Shown here: piece by piece, positions 15,824 to 20,000 of the stretch
Layout of the letters: each line of letters opens with the position of its first letter
Numbering within the stretch: position 1 is the first letter of the stretch
Source of the DNA: an uncultured virus (IMG/VR IMGVR_UViG_3300028832_000142)
Lineage: Duplodnaviria; Heunggongvirae; Uroviricota; Caudoviricetes
DNA: 20,000 bases
Virus record (IMG/VR): IMGVR_UViG_3300028832_000142
Strand: one strand, 5' to 3'
Position numbers and translations under genes: made by a program
Notes under the pieces: model-generated
What the model saw: the letters and a program-made list of their open reading frames with translations, nothing else
The model's database searches: none
Told to the model about the DNA's origin: nothing

Positions 15824-17578
15824 TTATTCAAATAGTTCTTTGTTAAGTTTATATGCAACCCAAGCGTCAAGAAGGGCTGACACATTATCTATCTTCTCCT
15901 CATATCGCTTCTTGAGAAGCTTTCTGTTACCATTTGTATCTTCAAGGGTAACAGCATTACCCATTGCAAATTGCATAAGTGATTGATCAAATATAAGTTT
16001 GCGATCTTCTGCTAAATCTTTTAATTCTCCTAAAGGAACAGACTCTGTTTTAACACCTTGAGGAACTTTTTCTACGCCAAATTCGCTATTCTCAGTAATC
16101 CAACGTTGAACAAAATCTTTAGCATTGTAAGGATCATATCCAAAACATTCTACAGTATATTCATTATCTTCTATATACTGCATAAGATCTTCGTAAACAT
16201 CTATCATATCAAGAACTGTGCAATCTAATACAACGAGACTATCTTCAGCCATAAATTCCTCATATTTCTGACGTGCAGCTGAAGGTAATCTTGCAAATGT
16301 CCTGCTAGAAATATAAGATCTGGCTTTAACACCAAAATCTCCTCTATCAAGAGGGAATAAAAACGTAAAAGCACAGAAGTCGTCACCTTGCGATAAATCT
16401 GCGCCCATAGCACAAGACATTTTCCAAAAATCATGCTTCTTGTGCGGTATAGTTTCATTATACGTAAAGAAGTACGTATAACCCTCCATTGGTATACCAA
16501 ATCTTTTTGCTAAGATATCATTTCTTGCCGCAGGAACATTTTCTGCTCTTTCTACATCTAACAAATAAGTCTCATAACTTACTGTTTGACCTAGATTAGG
16601 ATTGGCTTTTAACCATATCTGAGGGTCATACTTTCCTTCTTCTACTTCTTTAACATCGTCTAATCTGTAATACCAGATCGAAATGTGAGGCGCATAATAT
16701 TGCCCCTTTAAGATGTCAAGAAGCTCCATCTTTATGCTATCGCCAGAACCGTTTCTTACTGTTCCTTCAGATGACATAGCCACTATCAAGTAATCGTCCA
16801 TTTTGGACGCTCCTTGCTCTATTGCGCCTATAACATCTTCTTTAATATCTCCCGAAAGCCACTCGTCAACTGTAGAATACTTAGGTCGCAATCCCTGTAA
16901 CTTGTCAATTGACATAGGACGAATCTCGAGTAAAGAACCGGTAATGAAATTCTCGATACCCTTTTTTGTAGGGCTTAACTTCATCCTATTTGCTTTGCTT
17001 CCGGTTGTGTTTTGAAGTGAACCTTCTGTAAGAAATTTAAATAGCGGACCTCTTGCCCTAGCTATAGCGGTTCTTATTGGCGATAGGATCTCTTCCGCCT
17101 GCCTCATTGTAGGTGCCGTCGTGATTTGATGGGTAGTAGATGTGTCTATGTTTAATCCATAGTTTTGAATTGTGCTACCGTACATTGATTTAGCGGCGCC
17201 TCGGGCGACGATAAGATACTGTTTCTTTGTAAGCCTATGTTTTACTCTTTTAGTCGTATAATGACCAGGCTTACCATCTTTACCTCTTATAAAAACTTTT
17301 TCATCTGTGAAGTAATACCAGCCCCATATCTCTTCGGCCCATAATTTGAACGAATCTAACAAATATAAGTCTGAGCCGTCAGTAAGGGTTAACTCTCTTT
17401 CACAGAACTTGACCCAACCTTCAACGGCTTGATCGTCATACCAATATCTTGGATCTTCTATCAAAGCATCTATTCGCTGCATTTCAAGAGAGATCATCTC
17501 ACATACTGGTATTTCTCCTCTTATTACTTGATCTCTGAATCGTCCATAATATTTGGGGGTGGCTCGATTCGATAGCAT
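15824..17578 (-). CDS. terL: Terminase large subunit (584 aa)
   Basis: Walker A ARGAAKS, Walker B STVDE, KANPNLG, and nuclease motifs GADLSQGDDF, GYDPYNA and KIDNVSAL.DA. Confidence 0.95.
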   Translation of the reverse strand: MLSNRATPKYYGRFRDQVIRGEIPVCEMISLEMQRIDALIEDPRYWYDDQAVEGWVKFCERELTLTDGSDLYLLDSFKLWAEEIWGWYYFTDEKVFIRGKDGKPGHYTTKRVKHRLTKKQYLIVARGAAKSMYGSTIQNYGLNIDTSTTHQITTAPTMRQAEEILSPIRTAIARARGPLFKFLTEGSLQNTTGSKANRMKLSPTKKGIENFITGSLLEIRPMSIDKLQGLRPKYSTVDEWLSGDIKEDVIGAIEQGASKMDDYLIVAMSSEGTVRNGSGDSIKMELLDILKGQYYAPHISIWYYRLDDVKEVEEGKYDPQIWLKANPNLGQTVSYETYLLDVERAENVPAARNDILAKRFGIPMEGYTYFFTYNETIPHKKHDFWKMSCAMGADLSQGDDFCAFTFLFPLDRGDFGVKARSYISSRTFARLPSAARQKYEEFMAEDSLVVLDCTVLDMIDVYEDLMQYIEDNEYTVECFGYDPYNAKDFVQRWITENSEFGVEKVPQGVKTESVPLGELKDLAEDRKLIFDQSLMQFAMGNAVTLEDTNGNRKLLKKRYEEKIDNVSALLDAWVAYKLNKELFE

Positions 17579-17590
17579 AGTATCACCTCT

Positions 17591-18016
17591 TTACGTTGTA
17601 TGATGCATGGGCCATTTATCGGCTTCCACTCTTATCCTCCAAAGAAGCTCTTCAGCTTTCTTATGTTGAGCATCCAGAACAAACGAATTCTGAGGTGGAT
17701 CGAACAAAGTCCTAAGACTAAGATACGTATAACTCTTAACCATATTAAGAGCAGCGTCTTCATTACCTATAAAATCCTCCCATTCTGAAGTTTCTGGATT
17801 AGTCAAGTCTAATTGGAATGGCTCTTCACCCACGCCGACCTGATATAGCTCTGCGAGACAGGTATTAATATGTATTATTAAATCTGTATCGAAAGCTTTG
17901 TAGTCCGGTTCCATACCGAGCATTAATTTCATGCTTGCAAGAATGCCTGTAGTATTAACTGTAGGCTGTTCTTCTTCGGTTACAGTCCCTTCTGTTGTAG
18001 TATTAGGCTCAGACAT
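17591..18016 (-). CDS. Head-tail adaptor/connector-like protein (141 aa)
   Basis: IL.SMK..LG....Y..FD.D.IIHIN...L.Q.GVG and VKSY.YL..R..FDPP..S..WR. Start re-called to ATG 18016. Confidence 0.65.
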   Translation of the reverse strand: MSEPNTTTEGTVTEEEQPTVNTTGILASMKLMLGMEPDYKAFDTDLIIHINTCLAELYQVGVGEEPFQLDLTNPETSEWEDFIGNEDAALNMVKSYTYLSLRTLFDPPQNSFVLDAQHKKAEELLWRIRVEADKWPMHHTT

Positions 18017-18422
18017 TTGTCTTACACCTTCTAGATTTGTCATCAAGATCTGGATCTTCCTGGAAAGTCATAAGATAAGTCTTCATAGCGAAACCTCTTG
18101 TCTTATCCGGAAGCTCAACATTATACCAGATGTCATCAAATTCGCTTATGATCCTGACTTCGTCACCGCGGTTAAGCATTCTTATTATTTCGCCTTCAGG
18201 ATACTTCCTGATACGCAGCTTATCCACCTTAACAACTTTAGCAAGCATGTTTGTTCCTATCTCACGCTCATATGCTATAGGATCTTCAACATTTTTGTAA
18301 GAGGGAGTAACGTCCTGCTCTTCAAGCTGCCTGTTTTCTCTCATAAATCTCTTATGATCTTTCTCTTTCTTATACTCTTTAGCCTCTTCAGGATTATCGA
18401 GGTTAATCTGTTTAAAACTCAT
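18009..18422 (-). CDS. Bacterial SH3 (SH3b) domain protein (137 aa)
   Basis: LRIRKYP...II..L.RGDEV.II.....WY.V......GFAM..YL. Confidence 0.75.
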   Translation of the reverse strand: MSFKQINLDNPEEAKEYKKEKDHKRFMRENRQLEEQDVTPSYKNVEDPIAYEREIGTNMLAKVVKVDKLRIRKYPEGEIIRMLNRGDEVRIISEFDDIWYNVELPDKTRGFAMKTYLMTFQEDPDLDDKSRRCKTNV

Positions 18423-18844
18423 AATCTATCTCCTTTCCATGGACATGTATCATTTGGTCTTCGTTCTACGAAGTTTGTTTTTACTAACAAATTCTCATCT
18501 CCATAATGAATAGCATTATGAGTAGCATGAGAACAACATATTAAATACTTTGGATCAAATAATTCTGGGCCACCATCCTCTATTTCATCGAGAGTAATTG
18601 GATTCATATGATGAACTATGATCTTATCTAAGATAGATCTATCTTCTATGCCTAAATCACAACCATTGTCTCGAAGTATTACTTCTCTTCTAGCATCTCT
18701 CCATTCTTTAGACTTATAGAACGCTTGATTGAAGACTCTATCCCAACCGAAAGTATCTTCTCCGACTCTACCACCCATCTTAAGATATCTGAAACGATCC
18801 TCAAAAGTTGGTAAGAGAATTAACTGATGATAAGTCTTTTTCAA
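18419..18844 (-). CDS. HNH endonuclease (packaging-associated)
   Basis: FYKS.EW...R..VI.RD.GCD, VHHMNPI and C.SH.THNAIHYG. Adjacent to the terminase genes. Confidence 0.9.
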   Translation of the reverse strand: MKKTYHQLILLPTFEDRFRYLKMGGRVGEDTFGWDRVFNQAFYKSKEWRDARREVILRDNGCDLGIEDRSILDKIIVHHMNPITLDEIEDGGPELFDPKYLICCSHATHNAIHYGDENLLVKTNFVERRPNDTCPWKGDRL

Positions 18845-19170
18845 TAATCATCATCCTCGTCTTCGTCGTTTATTTGACCGGTATAGATCTTCATTGCTTG
18901 AACTGCATCTGAATATATCTTCTCGGTTTGTTCTGCAGAACGTATAGCATGTTCTCTAGTCTTAAGAAGAGCTGTTTCTTTCTCAAGTTTTTCTCTTTCG
19001 AGACGAGTTTTCTCGGTTCCCATCTTGAGAAAGTGAGTAATAACTGAGGGTGAGGCCGATCCGTCTTCTAACTGACTTAATGCCAATGCAAAAGAAGCAT
19101 CAATACATCGTTGTTCAGCTATTTCCGGATTCGGAGCTGGCCGTTTTGTTCTGGTGGCTGTACGTGCCAT
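18841..19170 (-). CDS. Probable terminase small subunit (109 aa)
   Basis: ATG 19170 after AAAGGAG. Helical, with QL.DG.AS..VITHFLK.G..K..LE.EKL. Its position before HNH/terL supports the call, but the function is inferred. Confidence 0.5.
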   Translation of the reverse strand: MARTATRTKRPAPNPEIAEQRCIDASFALALSQLEDGSASPSVITHFLKMGTEKTRLEREKLEKETALLKTREHAIRSAEQTEKIYSDAVQAMKIYTGQINDEDEDDDY

Positions 19171-19819
19171 ATAATTCACTCCTTTCTATTTCGTCCTTGA
19201 TACGTAATACTTCATATGCGTATCCAGAATATCCATGATTATTGTATTTATACAAAGCAGTTCCCTCTCCCATATTGTAACACATAAGGGCTAGGCCAGG
19301 ATCCTTATAACGCATTAGCAATTCTGCTAACAAATCTGCTCCTACTTGTAAGTTGCTGTATGGATCCCAAATATCAGTTATGCCTAGCCTACTTATGCGC
19401 TCCACATGACAAGAAGGTATTATCTGCATGAGCCCAATTGCACCAGATCCGTTTACATCTGGTTGATAGTGTGACTCTTTTTGAGCCACGGCTAATATAA
19501 GTGAAGGTTCTATTGAGTATTGCTCTGCTATTTGAAAGGCCCAAAGGTAAATCTTTGTTTTCATACGTTCCTCTGGACTTAAATCGTCTTCAAGATGCTT
19601 CAAACGAATCGGTTCTGGAAGGGTAACTCCAACATTTGGTAATTCTACTGATACTTTATCAACAGAATAAGTAATATCGCTCATCAACCAATCCTTTCTT
19701 AATACAGTATCTTCAACTAATTGACAAAAAATCCAAAAACCGATAATACATGTGACGACTATGCGTATCATAGCCAAACTTATAGAGACTATGAGACGAC
19801 TTATCTTGTGATTATACAT
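19115..19819 (-). CDS. Lytic transglycosylase (SLT family) with an N-terminal hydrophobic anchor (~234 aa)
   Basis: AVAQKES (catalytic Glu), GAIGLMQI and ALMCYNMGEG. Hydrophobic N-terminus. ATG 19819 after AAGAAGG. Confidence 0.85.
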   Translation of the reverse strand: MYNHKISRLIVSISLAMIRIVVTCIIGFWIFCQLVEDTVLRKDWLMSDITYSVDKVSVELPNVGVTLPEPIRLKHLEDDLSPEERMKTKIYLWAFQIAEQYSIEPSLILAVAQKESHYQPDVNGSGAIGLMQIIPSCHVERISRLGITDIWDPYSNLQVGADLLAELLMRYKDPGLALMCYNMGEGTALYKYNNHGYSGYAYEVLRIKDEIERSELYGTYSHQNKTASSESGNS

Positions 19820-19889
19820 ACTTGAACCTTCTTTCAAATATTATCAAACTAGTTTTGGTTAAGATGACAAAACTTTATACCTACTTTTA

Positions 19890-20000
19890 AAGGGCGTCGC
19901 AGGGGCCTTTTTCAGGGGCCACCATCCCGATATAGCCCCCGCGGAATATCACCCTAGCCAAAGCCAATTTACCTATTACTCCCCCGGAGAAAAAATAAAG
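19890..20000. other. GC-richer non-coding stretch upstream of the packaging genes, possibly cos-proximal
   Basis: CAGGGGCC twice (19900-19907 and 19913-19920), GCCCCCGCGG and CCCCCGGAGAAAAAAT in otherwise AT-rich DNA. Confidence 0.35.

Noticed and set aside
243..19238. Other short overlapping or antisense ORFs in the track (e.g. 243-512, 721-957, 1033-1299, 2083-2328, 3557-4446, 7469-7726, 10053-10340, 11239-11466, 12855-13127, 16225-17015, 17600-18506, 19050-19238)
   Set aside because: They overlap better-supported genes and lack convincing SDs or motifs.

Overview
This window is the packaging, head and tail-morphogenesis region of a siphovirus-type phage. Strong AGGAGG Shine-Dalgarno (SD) sites and AT-rich DNA suggest a Bacillota host, which is an inference. 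Almost all genes are on the minus strand. Read right to left they are: a probable genome-end region, a membrane-anchored lytic transglycosylase, a small-terminase candidate, an HNH nuclease, an SH3b protein, a head-tail adaptor, the large terminase, a ~10 kb accessory block, portal, a protease-capsid fusion, head closure, tail terminator, major tail protein and tail chaperones. The order resembles actinobacteriophage clusters AM/AU/BI/CC/DJ/EL and their gut relatives (recalled, not searched). The accessory block holds a mosaic fibre-like gene, a six-gene cassette of unknown function, a displaced neck gene, two antisense mini transcription units (one encoding an uncalled 31-aa hydrophobic peptide), two holin-like genes and five HYG-x-x-GM-x-W proteins. 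The main candidate for a new system is those five proteins: a shared leader with variable cargo, whose L-x-H motif recurs seven times as aliphatic-x-His in the capsid precursor linker, suggesting head loading and protease processing. Other highlights: a recurrent TTCATCAAAATG box at late-gene boundaries, including a 25-bp perfect repeat ending both the capsid and major tail genes; an internal SD/ATG in the protease-capsid gene; a 363-bp insert in the major tail gene bounded by 12-bp direct repeats; and a long hairpin carrying an anti-SD before the tail chaperone.
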